49,402 bases of DNA. It comes from a virus. Lineage: Duplodnaviria > Caudoviricetes. Where the stretch lies: positions 1 to 49,402 of the IMG/VR virus record IMGVR_UViG_3300008097_000009; one strand, 5' to 3'. The position numbers and the translations under genes were made by a program. The notes below the pieces were generated by a model that did no database searches, was not told the DNA's origin, and saw only the letters and a program-made list of their open reading frames with translations. The stretch's first letter is position 1. Every line of letters begins with the position of its first letter. Shown in pieces: positions 35,852 to 44,791 of the stretch.

Positions 35852-38223
35852 GCATTAAGAGCCTGAAGACTCTGCTGTGCGTATATACTCAACTGGTCAT
35901 TCTTTGTAGGTAACTGTGCGAAGTTCATACTAGTAGCACCTTCATTAGATCCAGCATTATTATTAGAACCACTAGGAGATGGAATGAATACAAATGTAGG
36001 ACTACCTGATGTCTCACTACTAAGACCAGCAACCTGTTGACTTAACTTATTATTCAATCCCTGTGCTCCTTCTATACCCTCACCAGGAATATATTGCTGC
36101 CAATTAACTGGTTTCCATCCTTCTGGTTTTACAGAATCACCAGAAGTTTGCCATGAATGATGGAAGAAATTACCTTTCTCATCAAACATAGGATCTTCTG
36201 TTGCAACTCTATTACTCAATGCAGACTGTCCTTTAAAGTCAGTTCTTCCTTTCAAGACTCTAAGTGCTTCCATAAGCTTTGCCTGTCCTTCTTCACTCTG
36301 TAAAAGAGATTGAATCTCAGGACTATCCACCATATTTCCATCTTCAAATGCTTTATATTGTCCAGGTGCTTTAATAATCTCTTCTATACTCCCATCACCT
36401 CTTGCCTTTCTATTAAGTATAGATGCAGCAACACCATAGATATCATCTGTACCTTGAGCAGCCTCACCACTAATAGCATAAGCTAACCACTTATAGTCAT
36501 CCTCAGTTAAACCTTTTAAGTTTCCAGTGGTAGTACTATTGCTTGTCTGGAAGAAGTTCTGTCCATTGACTTTAGAGACAGTGTTAGTATCACCCAAAAC
36601 TCCAGTCAAATCTGTTGATGCTACTTCTACTCCTTGACTACCCAGAATGTTCTCTGTTGAAAAAGCATTAGAATTAGAACTAAGGTTTTCATCTCCATTA
36701 ACCTCCGTATTATTAATTTCTTCGTTATTATTTGTTACACCACCATCTACGGTAACAGCATCAATATCAATGCCTTTATTCTTCAATTTATCAAGAATCA
36801 TTTCGTTCATTCTTATTTTCTCATCACCGATTTGAAGTGGAGACTTACCACCCATACTAACAACAGCCTCAAGTATTCCCCAAAGTTGTTGTAATCTGAA
36901 TAAAGGATTCTTCTTCCAATCTTCTTCTTTAAGAATCTCCTCCTTTAATCTTAGAATCTCTGCTTTTTGACCTTCAATGTCTTTTCTTGATATACCATTT
37001 GCTATGGAAGAAGCTTCCCAGTTTGCTAATGCATCATTAATCTTTCCAGTAATCATCCCTGTAACAATACCCACAACACCACCTTTAAACATATTCTTCC
37101 AATTGATGGTCCTAGGGTTAAGGAAGGTCTTAATATTAAACTTAGGTTTAACAGCAGGTTTAGAAGTTATTTGATTAACAATGCTACTAGCAGCATCATC
37201 TGCAGTGCCTGCACCTGCAGTTACTACATCATCTATAACACCTGGTCCTCCACCTAAGTTTGTATTTGCAGATTTTATGCTCTTCGATATATTCTTACCA
37301 CTTCCTGTATTATCAAGAACAATTTCTTCAAGTACCTCTTTTTGAACAGTACTCTTACTACTACCTATATCTACTTTCTGAAGATTGGATTGCTTTAATT
37401 GCAGATTTTTATTTTTTAAGTTCTTTGATAGTAGATCATCTTCAACATTAATCTTTTTTAAATTATCAATAGATCTATTAGGGTTTACAATGTTACCTTT
37501 TTGATTAACGACAGCATCTTTAGCAGCAACATTTTTGTTTTTGAACATGTTACCAAAGAAGTTCTTAGTACCTTTGAATGCAGCACCCAACTTCAATCCC
37601 TTGAATACACCAACAAACTTAGCCATTGCACCTGCAAGAGCTGTCTTAAGAGCTGCAGGTATTGCAGCTTTAAGTGCAAGGAGAGCTGCTTTAGCACCAA
37701 CAACAATTTGTACAATATCAGAAAGCTTACTTAGAATACCACCACCTTCACCTCCCTTCTTTTCTATAGCACCACGATATCCCTGAGTACCAGACAAGAA
37801 TTCCTCATCTTCCATCCTCTCTTCTTGTCTCAATCTCTTAGCATCCGCTATCTGATCTCTCTTAATCTCAATAAACTGACCAAGTAAAGCGTTTTGTGCT
37901 TCTAATAAAGCAGTCTGCTTTTTATTCTCAGTAACTACTTCAACATCAATTGCAGTACCATCATCATAACTAACTGGATCATAAGCATCTACTGGGCTAG
38001 CACTAGTGGAAAACATGGATGTTATACCATTAATCCCACTTACTATAAAATCATCTACAGCCTGAACAGAATCTTGAACAAACTTAAGATTTGCAGGATC
38101 AATAGGATTCTCACTACCACCAGACTTAGATCTCTTCCGCAGCTTCTTATACTCCGAGATAAGAGTATCAGCAAGACTCTTATCGGTTGTAGTTTTTTGA
38201 TATCCTTGGGTTCCTGAAGCCAT
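35848..38223 (-). CDS. gp29/tape-measure-like hub protein with SleB-type cell-wall hydrolase domain
   Basis: Coiled-coil and Ala/Gly amphipathic segments; 'LAYAISGEA......GVAASILNR......IEEII.APGQY'. Confidence 0.6.
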   Translation of the reverse strand: MASGTQGYQKTTTDKSLADTLISEYKKLRKRSKSGGSENPIDPANLKFVQDSVQAVDDFIVSGINGITSMFSTSASPVDAYDPVSYDDGTAIDVEVVTENKKQTALLEAQNALLGQFIEIKRDQIADAKRLRQEERMEDEEFLSGTQGYRGAIEKKGGEGGGILSKLSDIVQIVVGAKAALLALKAAIPAALKTALAGAMAKFVGVFKGLKLGAAFKGTKNFFGNMFKNKNVAAKDAVVNQKGNIVNPNRSIDNLKKINVEDDLLSKNLKNKNLQLKQSNLQKVDIGSSKSTVQKEVLEEIVLDNTGSGKNISKSIKSANTNLGGGPGVIDDVVTAGAGTADDAASSIVNQITSKPAVKPKFNIKTFLNPRTINWKNMFKGGVVGIVTGMITGKINDALANWEASSIANGISRKDIEGQKAEILRLKEEILKEEDWKKNPLFRLQQLWGILEAVVSMGGKSPLQIGDEKIRMNEMILDKLKNKGIDIDAVTVDGGVTNNNEEINNTEVNGDENLSSNSNAFSTENILGSQGVEVASTDLTGVLGDTNTVSKVNGQNFFQTSNSTTTGNLKGLTEDDYKWLAYAISGEAAQGTDDIYGVAASILNRKARGDGSIEEIIKAPGQYKAFEDGNMVDSPEIQSLLQSEEGQAKLMEALRVLKGRTDFKGQSALSNRVATEDPMFDEKGNFFHHSWQTSGDSVKPEGWKPVNWQQYIPGEGIEGAQGLNNKLSQQVAGLSSETSGSPTFVFIPSPSGSNNNAGSNEGATSMNFAQLPTKNDQLSIYAQQSLQALNA

Positions 38224-38348
38224 TATCGTTGTGCTTGCTGTTTTTGTTTAAGTTCCTCAAGATATTGGGTAAGGAGTGCAAGATATACTACTCTCTCCCA
38301 AGGCATCATATTATCTAGTTCTGTCAAACTATATTTATGGTGCTGCAT
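38223..38348 (-). CDS. gp51: gp51-like baseplate hub assembly protein (possibly expressed as a gp26 frameshift fusion)
   Basis: Not in the ORF track: MQHHKYSLTELDNMMPWERVVYLALLTQYLEELKQKQQAQR*. The frame is open back into the gp26 3' end. Confidence 0.8.
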   Translation of the reverse strand: MQHHKYSLTELDNMMPWERVVYLALLTQYLEELKQKQQAQR

Positions 38349-38398
38349 TAGAGCGAAATTAGTTTGATAATACTCCTCCAGATTAGTGTGGAAGAGTG

Positions 38399-39106
38399 CT
38401 ATGCGAAAAAACTCTGCAGCCCCTCTAAGGTATATGTAGACGACTTCTTGGTATTAGGATTAACAACATCAAACTTATGTTGAAGCTTAGGCATTGTTTC
38501 AAAGAACTTAGACACCTTATTAAACTGTCTTTGAGTAAGACTCTCAATAAATTCCTTAAGTTCTTTTGGTGTACAATCAGAAGATTCAGTAACATCTTCA
38601 CCATCAAAAATCTGATCTATACACCCAACAATAATATCTAGACCATCCATATCAGTCTCACCTCTAACCCCAAACTCAATGAAATGATCTAACTTAGGGT
38701 ATTTCATAATAACACCCACATTCTTATTGATCATAACTTTTTCAGTATGACCCTTTGGCTTAAAAACCTTAACATCATTAATGTTGATGGTATGTTGTAC
38801 TTTAGTCTTATTATCATCAAGACATACCACATTAACCGTGATTTCTTCCCCTACGGAAGCAGCACGAATCTTAAGGAATACATATTCCAGATCAAAACTA
38901 GGTAAATCTTCAATTTTTATACGAGATGTAACACATGAATTAATTACATCAACAACTGCTTGTGTTATCTGTTTATCATCCCCTGAGTCCATAGCAATAA
39001 GAAGGACTTTCTCTTCTTTAACAAGAAATGGACGGTATTTAATCTTTTTTCCGTTTGACGGTAATTCGAGCTCATAGGTAGGAGCAACAACCTTTGGTAA
39101 AGCCAT
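38399..39106 (-). CDS. gp26: baseplate hub assembly chaperone gp26
   Basis: 'PTYELELPS.GK.IKYRPFLVKEEK', 'FDLEYVFLKIRA.SVGE' and 'LEGLQSFF'. CTAAATA at 39122-39128. Confidence 0.92.
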   Translation of the reverse strand: MALPKVVAPTYELELPSNGKKIKYRPFLVKEEKVLLIAMDSGDDKQITQAVVDVINSCVTSRIKIEDLPSFDLEYVFLKIRAASVGEEITVNVVCLDDNKTKVQHTININDVKVFKPKGHTEKVMINKNVGVIMKYPKLDHFIEFGVRGETDMDGLDIIVGCIDQIFDGEDVTESSDCTPKELKEFIESLTQRQFNKVSKFFETMPKLQHKFDVVNPNTKKSSTYTLEGLQSFFA

Positions 39107-39124
39107 AATGTAATTTTCTTTTAT

Positions 39125-39766
39125 TTAGTACGTAATGTTATAAACACAGATCAGTCTAAGATCTCCTGGTGATGTTGGACATAATGCGTGATAATGAGAT
39201 CCATCAAATAGCACCATCTTACCTTTTTCAGGTATAGCTTCGTGCTTTACTGGGATAGGATCATTTTCCCAATCGATAGTCTCATATGGTATTATACCAT
39301 TATTCTCTGAAAACTCGGGACCAGTAGTAGAAGATCCCTCATCATAATTAATCTGTTTATCAAAAATATACGTACTACCCTCTACATTATTAAGATATAA
39401 AATAGCAGTATAATGATTTTCAGGATAATCTACATGAGGGTCACCACAATGATAATTTGGAAAATGATACGTGCAGTTCAAACATGATCTGGTTATAGTC
39501 TTATATTCCAATCCATTATCACGCATGAAGTTTTTAAGAATCGTCTTAAAAAATGGATAGAAGTCTGAATTATGTCTCCTAGAATCTCTATTCAACAAAA
39601 CATGAGAGAATTGAGGAAACTTATTAGTGGTAGTATAAGGATCCCAAAGCCAGTTAATACGTGGGGATCCTTGAGATTTCACATGCTGCTTTGCAGTCCC
39701 GTAGAAACAATTATCCATGAAATCATCTATGACTTCAGGATTCCTGATAAATTTTTCAATAATCAT
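39125..39766 (-). CDS. 2OG-Fe(II) oxygenase-like protein
   Basis: 'PHVD', 'ILYLNN..G.T.IF', 'PEKGK.VLFDG.HYHA' and 'RLICVYN'. Confidence 0.75.
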   Translation of the reverse strand: MIIEKFIRNPEVIDDFMDNCFYGTAKQHVKSQGSPRINWLWDPYTTTNKFPQFSHVLLNRDSRRHNSDFYPFFKTILKNFMRDNGLEYKTITRSCLNCTYHFPNYHCGDPHVDYPENHYTAILYLNNVEGSTYIFDKQINYDEGSSTTGPEFSENNGIIPYETIDWENDPIPVKHEAIPEKGKMVLFDGSHYHALCPTSPGDLRLICVYNITY

Positions 39767-39782
39767 AACAATTAATAGTATT

Positions 39783-40562
39783 TTAGGGCAATTGATCTCC
39801 TATGTAATTGCCGTTATCATCATAGAATCTTACCTCCTCGTTATCAGAAGGTTTGGATCCTGAGAACCAAGACCAATTACTAATATCATTATACACCACA
39901 TGGTGCTTAGTGTAATGAAATGTCGCTGTAGCTTTAGTTATTTGAGAAGCACCAAATGATAATGGTATAGACTCAACTGTATATGGATAAGCATCATGGA
40001 GTACATGTACAGCAGCAACCCTTTCAGTTGCTGAGCTCATGCCCCTTTCCACCTTTACTATCCTAATAGTAGCAGTATAATCATCTGGATATCTAAGTCT
40101 AGTGGTTCTATGCTTATTCTTACCATCAACCTGCATCATACTACTAAATCCATTGTCTCTAACAAATGGTTCATACTTACCATCCTGAGCAATAGGTGAA
40201 TCTTTACCAGGTTCATATTCCGCAAATATATACTGCCACCAAGCATTAACAAACTTAAATGGTTCCATATTAGCATCACACATCCAACCTAATTGAACAT
40301 CAGTATAAAGCTTAGTATGAGCATAAGATATAGATCCTTCTCCTAAAAGTCTCCCTTGCAACTGTCCAGTAGCCGCTTGTGAAGGTGGTAATTGAGCTTC
40401 ATCACAAAACCCTTCATATAGATCAGGATTAACCCCACCACTTTCAATATACTTCTTTAAATCATTACCCAAATCAAATTTCACAGCGAATCCATTGGAC
40501 ATCGCCATACCGCCTTTATCTGCGATTGTTTTAACAAAATCTGGTATTCTGGTTCTAGCCAC
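39783..40562 (-). CDS. tail-tube-fold baseplate protein (gp54-like)
   Basis: 'CDEAQLP', 'YPDDY...I.I.K.E', 'L.DAYP.....IPLS.G......AT.F.Y'; position between gp4 and gp26. Confidence 0.65.
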   Translation of the reverse strand: MARTRIPDFVKTIADKGGMAMSNGFAVKFDLGNDLKKYIESGGVNPDLYEGFCDEAQLPPSQAATGQLQGRLLGEGSISYAHTKLYTDVQLGWMCDANMEPFKFVNAWWQYIFAEYEPGKDSPIAQDGKYEPFVRDNGFSSMMQVDGKNKHRTTRLRYPDDYTATIRIVKVERGMSSATERVAAVHVLHDAYPYTVESIPLSFGASQITKATATFHYTKHHVVYNDISNWSWFSGSKPSDNEEVRFYDDNGNYIGDQLP

Positions 40563-40563
40563 T

Positions 40564-40594
40564 CTAAATATTTAAGTGTATACATTTTATTTAG
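40564..40594. promoter_or_regulatory. pair of overlapping divergent late promoters
   Basis: CTAAATA on + at 40564-40570 and on - at 40594-40588, within the 33-bp gap. Confidence 0.65.
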
Positions 40595-40595
40595 G

Positions 40596-41021
40596 ATGGC
40601 TTATTCGGGTAAGTATAAACCTAAGAATCCTAAGAAGTATAAAGGAAACCCAACACAGATCATATACAGATCAAATTGGGAGAAAAAATTTATGCATTTT
40701 TGTGATTCTACAGACTCAATTATTGAATGGGGCAGTGAGGAAGTAATTATTCCTTACCGTTGCCCCACTGATGGTAGGATCCATAGGTATTACCCAGACT
40801 TCTACATCAAAACCAGTAAGAAACAGAAATACATAATAGAGATCAAACCAAAGAAACAAGTAAGAGGACCAGAAAGAAATCCTAGGCAAAAGACTACTGC
40901 TTGGAAGAAATCTGTTCTAGTCTTCATGAAGAATAAAGCAAAGTGGAATGCTGCGGAAAATTGGTGTGATGATAGAAGTATGAAGTTCAAAATCCTAACG
41001 GAAGATCAACTACATGTCTAA
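40596..41021 (+). CDS. gp4: head completion nuclease gp4
   Basis: 'YSGKYKP.NP.KYKG.P..I.YRS.WE', 'W.SEE..IPY', 'HRYYPDF' and 'IEIKP'. Confidence 0.93.
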   Translation: MAYSGKYKPKNPKKYKGNPTQIIYRSNWEKKFMHFCDSTDSIIEWGSEEVIIPYRCPTDGRIHRYYPDFYIKTSKKQKYIIEIKPKKQVRGPERNPRQKTTAWKKSVLVFMKNKAKWNAAENWCDDRSMKFKILTEDQLHV

Positions 41022-41652
41022 ACAAACAATATTTGAACAAATCAAAGAAAAAGCAAGTAGTAAGGAACAAACTTCCGCATGGTACAGGAAGCAAGTTCGT
41101 CTTATTGCGAAGAATTATACTGACGTTGAAAAGTTGATAAGAGAGGATAAACAAGAAAGCTTAACAGAAGATAATTTTCAAGATACTAACCGAGTTCGCA
41201 ATAATGTAAGGGAAGGTCACCTATATCTCTTCGAGTATAAAGCAACCAAGAAGTACTTACCATACTATGATCAATTCCCATTAGTGTATGTTACTAAGAG
41301 GTCATCTTCCAATGATTTCTTTGGTACAAACCTACATTATATCAATCCGAAGTATAGATACACTGTAATAAAGAACTTAATTGAGAACGACACTCTCAAC
41401 GTACCTAAGATAACCTTCCATAAATACTTAGATAGTAATGTTATAGGTAGATTCTTAGACCTCGGTAAAGACGAATGGTATACGGCAATATACTTGCCTA
41501 TTGATAATTTTATACGTGATAAAAACGGACGGAAGCTTCCTGTAAGGAAAGATACAGTCTGGAATAAAACCTACGAGAACCGAAGATATAGAATCAAAAC
41601 TAAAAGGTCGATTGAAGATTATAGTGATGAACCAACTATTTTACTACCATAA
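41014..41652 (+). CDS. gp2: DNA end protector gp2
   Basis: 'G.LYLF.Y.A....LPYYD.FPLV', 'F.G.NLHY' and 'HKYL...V'. Confidence 0.85.
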   Translation: MSKQTIFEQIKEKASSKEQTSAWYRKQVRLIAKNYTDVEKLIREDKQESLTEDNFQDTNRVRNNVREGHLYLFEYKATKKYLPYYDQFPLVYVTKRSSSNDFFGTNLHYINPKYRYTVIKNLIENDTLNVPKITFHKYLDSNVIGRFLDLGKDEWYTAIYLPIDNFIRDKNGRKLPVRKDTVWNKTYENRRYRIKTKRSIEDYSDEPTILLP

Positions 41653-42738
41653 ATGTCCACTACAACATCTACCCAACTAAGATATCCAGAACAATTAAAA
41701 GTAACAGATAACACAGATTATCTATCATTTGGGTTCTACAAATACTATCCAGCTTTCAGGAAGAGAGGTATAAGAAGTGATAGAGCAGATAATTACAATC
41801 AAACTGTTGGTGCAACAGGAAACGAAAATGAAGGTACTGCAAGCTTCTGGAGTGCAGATGATGCAATAAGAAAACAACAGAAATTAAATAGTCCAGCTGG
41901 TAATTTTGGTAAAAAAGATGGTCCAGAAATATTAATATACATGCCACCTGATATTAGCACATCATTTGCTGCTGACTGGGGTGGTAAAGAAATGGGTAAT
42001 GCTGCTGCTGGATTAACTGCTGCTTCTGCAAATACACAAGCTGGTGATATGGCTGGTGTAATAGATAATGCTCTTGCTGGTATGGCGAATGTAGGTGCAT
42101 TATCTCAATCAGTTGCAGCACGTATTACTAAATCAATAGCAGCAATGTCTGGAACTCAACTAACAATGAATGATACTCTAGCAGGTACTACAGGAACCAT
42201 ATTAAACCCAAATGTAGAAGTATTATTTGGTGGTCCTAAACTACGTAATGTTAGTTTTGCATTTAAAATGGCTGCTAGAAATCTAAGTGAAGCGAAGACT
42301 ATCCATGCTATATGTTTAGCATTTAAAAAGAATGCTTTACCTGGTTTTGGTGCTACAAATAGACTACAAGATTCAGTTGCTGCTGGATTTACAGCTATTG
42401 CTACTGGACTTCCTGATGATAAATCAGACAATATGGGAAAACATGCTAACTTTATAGAAGTACCAAACTTGGTTATGGTGAAATATATGAAAGGTAATAC
42501 AATGCATCCATACCTTTCTCAATATAAGTCATGTGCTCTAACTAATGTAGATATTAATTATACACCTGATGGGGTATATTCAACAAGTATTGATGCTTAT
42601 CCAACAGCAGTTGAACTTAGAATAGGTCTTGTAGAAACAAAACTTGTATATAGTCAAGAGATAGGTGAGCAAAAGGATGAAACTGCTCAAGGTGAGACTG
42701 CAAATAAAGAAAACATAGGAAGAACCTGGAGCTACTAA
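41653..42738 (+). CDS. gp48: baseplate tail-tube cap gp48
   Basis: 'LRYP', 'IYMP', 'NPN.EVLF.GP.LR..SF.FKM..R...EA' and 'CALT...INYTPDG'. Confidence 0.88.
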   Translation: MSTTTSTQLRYPEQLKVTDNTDYLSFGFYKYYPAFRKRGIRSDRADNYNQTVGATGNENEGTASFWSADDAIRKQQKLNSPAGNFGKKDGPEILIYMPPDISTSFAADWGGKEMGNAAAGLTAASANTQAGDMAGVIDNALAGMANVGALSQSVAARITKSIAAMSGTQLTMNDTLAGTTGTILNPNVEVLFGGPKLRNVSFAFKMAARNLSEAKTIHAICLAFKKNALPGFGATNRLQDSVAAGFTAIATGLPDDKSDNMGKHANFIEVPNLVMVKYMKGNTMHPYLSQYKSCALTNVDINYTPDGVYSTSIDAYPTAVELRIGLVETKLVYSQEIGEQKDETAQGETANKENIGRTWSY

Positions 42739-43404
42739 ATGTATTTTGCTACTCAACCAAAAATAGAATACGACTTAAAACCACAAAGCTTTCCATTTTC
42801 AAGCTCTGATTTTACCATTGCAAATAACTTCTTTAGAAGAGTATCTGTGGATGAAGATGCTTTTGGTTATATTGCATATTTCAGGAAATACGCTATTCCT
42901 GATGATATGAGGATAGAAACTCTAGCAGAAGGGATTTATGGATCTCCTTGGTATGATTGGGTTATTGCTATATCCAATAATATAACAAATACCTATACTG
43001 ACTGGCCTTTATCAGAAAATGCTCTACGAGTTTGGACAGAAGAAAAGTATGGAAGTCAAATATACAGCGATATCAGATATTACGAAATTAGTGAAGATGT
43101 TAAAAATGACGCAGGAACGATATTTTTCAAAAAAGGGCAAAAAGTCGATAAAACCTTCTATGACGGTAATTTCCAATATAACTCTCAAGACGTAAATAAC
43201 ACACCTATCACTGTTGCTGGAAATACCATATCTAGAGGTATTTCGATATTTGAAGATGAAACCAGAATAAATGAAAGTAAAAGAGAGATCTACATACTCA
43301 AAACCAAGTATTTGTACGATTTCGTTCAAGACTTAAAAAAGCAGAGCACCTACAATAAGTGCTCTGCTTACGTTAATAACAAATTAAAGAAGACTCTAAT
43401 CTAG
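42739..43404 (+). CDS. gp53: baseplate wedge subunit gp53
   Basis: 'MYF...P...Y', 'R.E.LA...YG...YDWVI...NNI.N...DWPL' and 'E...NE.KR.I.ILK'. Confidence 0.9.
   Translation: MYFATQPKIEYDLKPQSFPFSSSDFTIANNFFRRVSVDEDAFGYIAYFRKYAIPDDMRIETLAEGIYGSPWYDWVIAISNNITNTYTDWPLSENALRVWTEEKYGSQIYSDIRYYEISEDVKNDAGTIFFKKGQKVDKTFYDGNFQYNSQDVNNTPITVAGNTISRGISIFEDETRINESKREIYILKTKYLYDFVQDLKKQSTYNKCSAYVNNKLKKTLI
43335..43369 (-). terminator. minus-strand terminator embedded in the gp53 coding sequence
   Basis: 11-bp inverted repeat AAGCAGAGCAC/GTGCTCTGCTT followed by a T-run on the minus strand. Confidence 0.6.
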
Positions 43405-43479
43405 CTCGACTTTTTTGGTCATTTTTTGTCGGGATTTTTTTTCCCGAATTGCCAGATCTAGAAATCCAATTTCACCACC

Positions 43480-43629
43480 TTAGAAGGCTTTGGGATGTGT
43501 TACCACATCCCCATGAATTTCACCTATATCATCGATATGGGCGTGATCAACTTCGATGTGAAGTTTCTTATCATACGCATCAGCTATTCGCTCTAAAGCA
43601 TTAGCGATACGAAGCAATTCATCACTCAC
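43480..43629 (-). CDS. small His-rich hypothetical protein (49 aa)
   Basis: Manual ORF from the GTG directly after the gp32 stop: MSDELLRIANALERIADAYDKKLHIEVDHAHIDDIGEIHGDVVTHPKAF*. Confidence 0.6.
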   Translation of the reverse strand: MSDELLRIANALERIADAYDKKLHIEVDHAHIDDIGEIHGDVVTHPKAF

Positions 43630-44511
43630 TTAGTCTTCCTCTGCTAAACTTGCAAAGTAACTAAGTGCGTCATCATCACTTGTCTCCTTCTTGTTGAACT
43701 TAGGTGCAGAAGATGCTGCTACCTTCTCAACAGGTACTGGTTCAAACTCTTCCTCTTGTTGTCTCTGTACCACAGCAGGTGAACTGTTGAGAACTGTATT
43801 TAAACGAGTCTCTAGTTCCTCATATGTTTTGAACTGATCTTCAGCAGTGAATGCTGCTAAACTGTGTTCTTGTTTGTATGTTGCTTCTAGTTCAGCATCA
43901 TCAGAGCTTAAAGCACTAACAGCATCGAACTCGGAACTATCATAGTTCCAGAAACCAGCAACAGTCTTGATCTTTAACTTAAAGTTTGCTCCTTCCCAGA
44001 AGTCAAACACATTTACAGGAGTCTCGTCTTGAAACTCTGGCTGCATTGCGGCCATTACCTTGTCGAAAATCTTCTTACCGAACTTGTACAAGAATACCTT
44101 ACCTTCATTTTCAGGGTTCTTAGGATCTTTAACAACAACAATGTTTGTGTAGTAAGTAAGCTTACGCTTCTGCTTACGAGCAATGTCCTTGTCTGATTCG
44201 TGACCACTATTCCACAACTTACGATTAACTTCACCAACAGGGTCTTTTTTGTTTTGTGTCGTTAAACTGTTTTCGATGTACCAACCGCCAGGTCCTTGGA
44301 AAGCATGTGAATATAACTTTGCCCAAGGAAGGTCTTCACCTTCTGGGGGTGGGAGAAATCTGATAACAGCGTAACCATTACCTGTATTATCTAACTCTGG
44401 TCTCCAGAACCTCTCGTCTTTACCGCCACCTGTTTGGGTGGACTTCTCTATCTCTTTCTGGAGAAAATCAAAATTTGCTTGAGATTTTCGTTTTAGATCT
44501 GCGAACGTCAT
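43630..44511 (-). CDS. gp32: single-stranded DNA-binding protein gp32
   Basis: 'DERFWRPELD..GNGYAVIRFLP', 'HAFQGPGGWYIEN', 'GANFKLK', 'NYD.SEF' and an acidic tail. Confidence 0.96.
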   Translation of the reverse strand: MTFADLKRKSQANFDFLQKEIEKSTQTGGGKDERFWRPELDNTGNGYAVIRFLPPPEGEDLPWAKLYSHAFQGPGGWYIENSLTTQNKKDPVGEVNRKLWNSGHESDKDIARKQKRKLTYYTNIVVVKDPKNPENEGKVFLYKFGKKIFDKVMAAMQPEFQDETPVNVFDFWEGANFKLKIKTVAGFWNYDSSEFDAVSALSSDDAELEATYKQEHSLAAFTAEDQFKTYEELETRLNTVLNSSPAVVQRQQEEEFEPVPVEKVAASSAPKFNKKETSDDDALSYFASLAEED

Positions 44512-44549
44512 ATTGGATTTTTTAGATTAAATTGGATTTTGTTTTTGGG

Positions 44550-44750
44550 GTGGGAGATAGGAATAATGTATACCTACAAGTACAGGGCATTTCTACATAA
44601 GTAAATTTTTACTGTACTGCACGAGTCCTGTCTGGTTGGACAGTTCTGTTGTTCCCAACAGCGAGCACCACCTCTGACTCATCACCTTAACTAGACCATT
44701 GCCAGCAAGTTTGTTCAGTCACTCCCGTATCGAGTAGCGAACCCGATATA
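44550..44750 (-). ncRNA. large structured RNA upstream of gp32, resembling the cyanophage manA-type motif
   Basis: Closing helix GGGAG (44726-44722)/CTCCC (44556-44552), hairpin CTGTTG-GGAA-CAACAG, and CTGTC/GACAG, GAGTC/GACTC and AGTACAG/CTGTACT helices. Family name is from recall only. Confidence 0.65.
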
Positions 44751-44751
44751 C

Positions 44752-44782
44752 TATTTATACCACAAAAAAAGGGGTTAGTCAA
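44752..44782 (-). promoter_or_regulatory. sigma70-like promoter coinciding with a T4 late promoter
   Basis: TTGACT, 17 nt, TGn-TATAAA; TATAAATA at 44759-44752. Confidence 0.75.
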
Positions 44783-44791
44783 CCCCTTTTT
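44764..44791 (-). terminator. intrinsic (potentially bidirectional) terminator
   Basis: AAAAAGGGGTT-GACT-AACCCCTTTTTTT. Confidence 0.75.
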
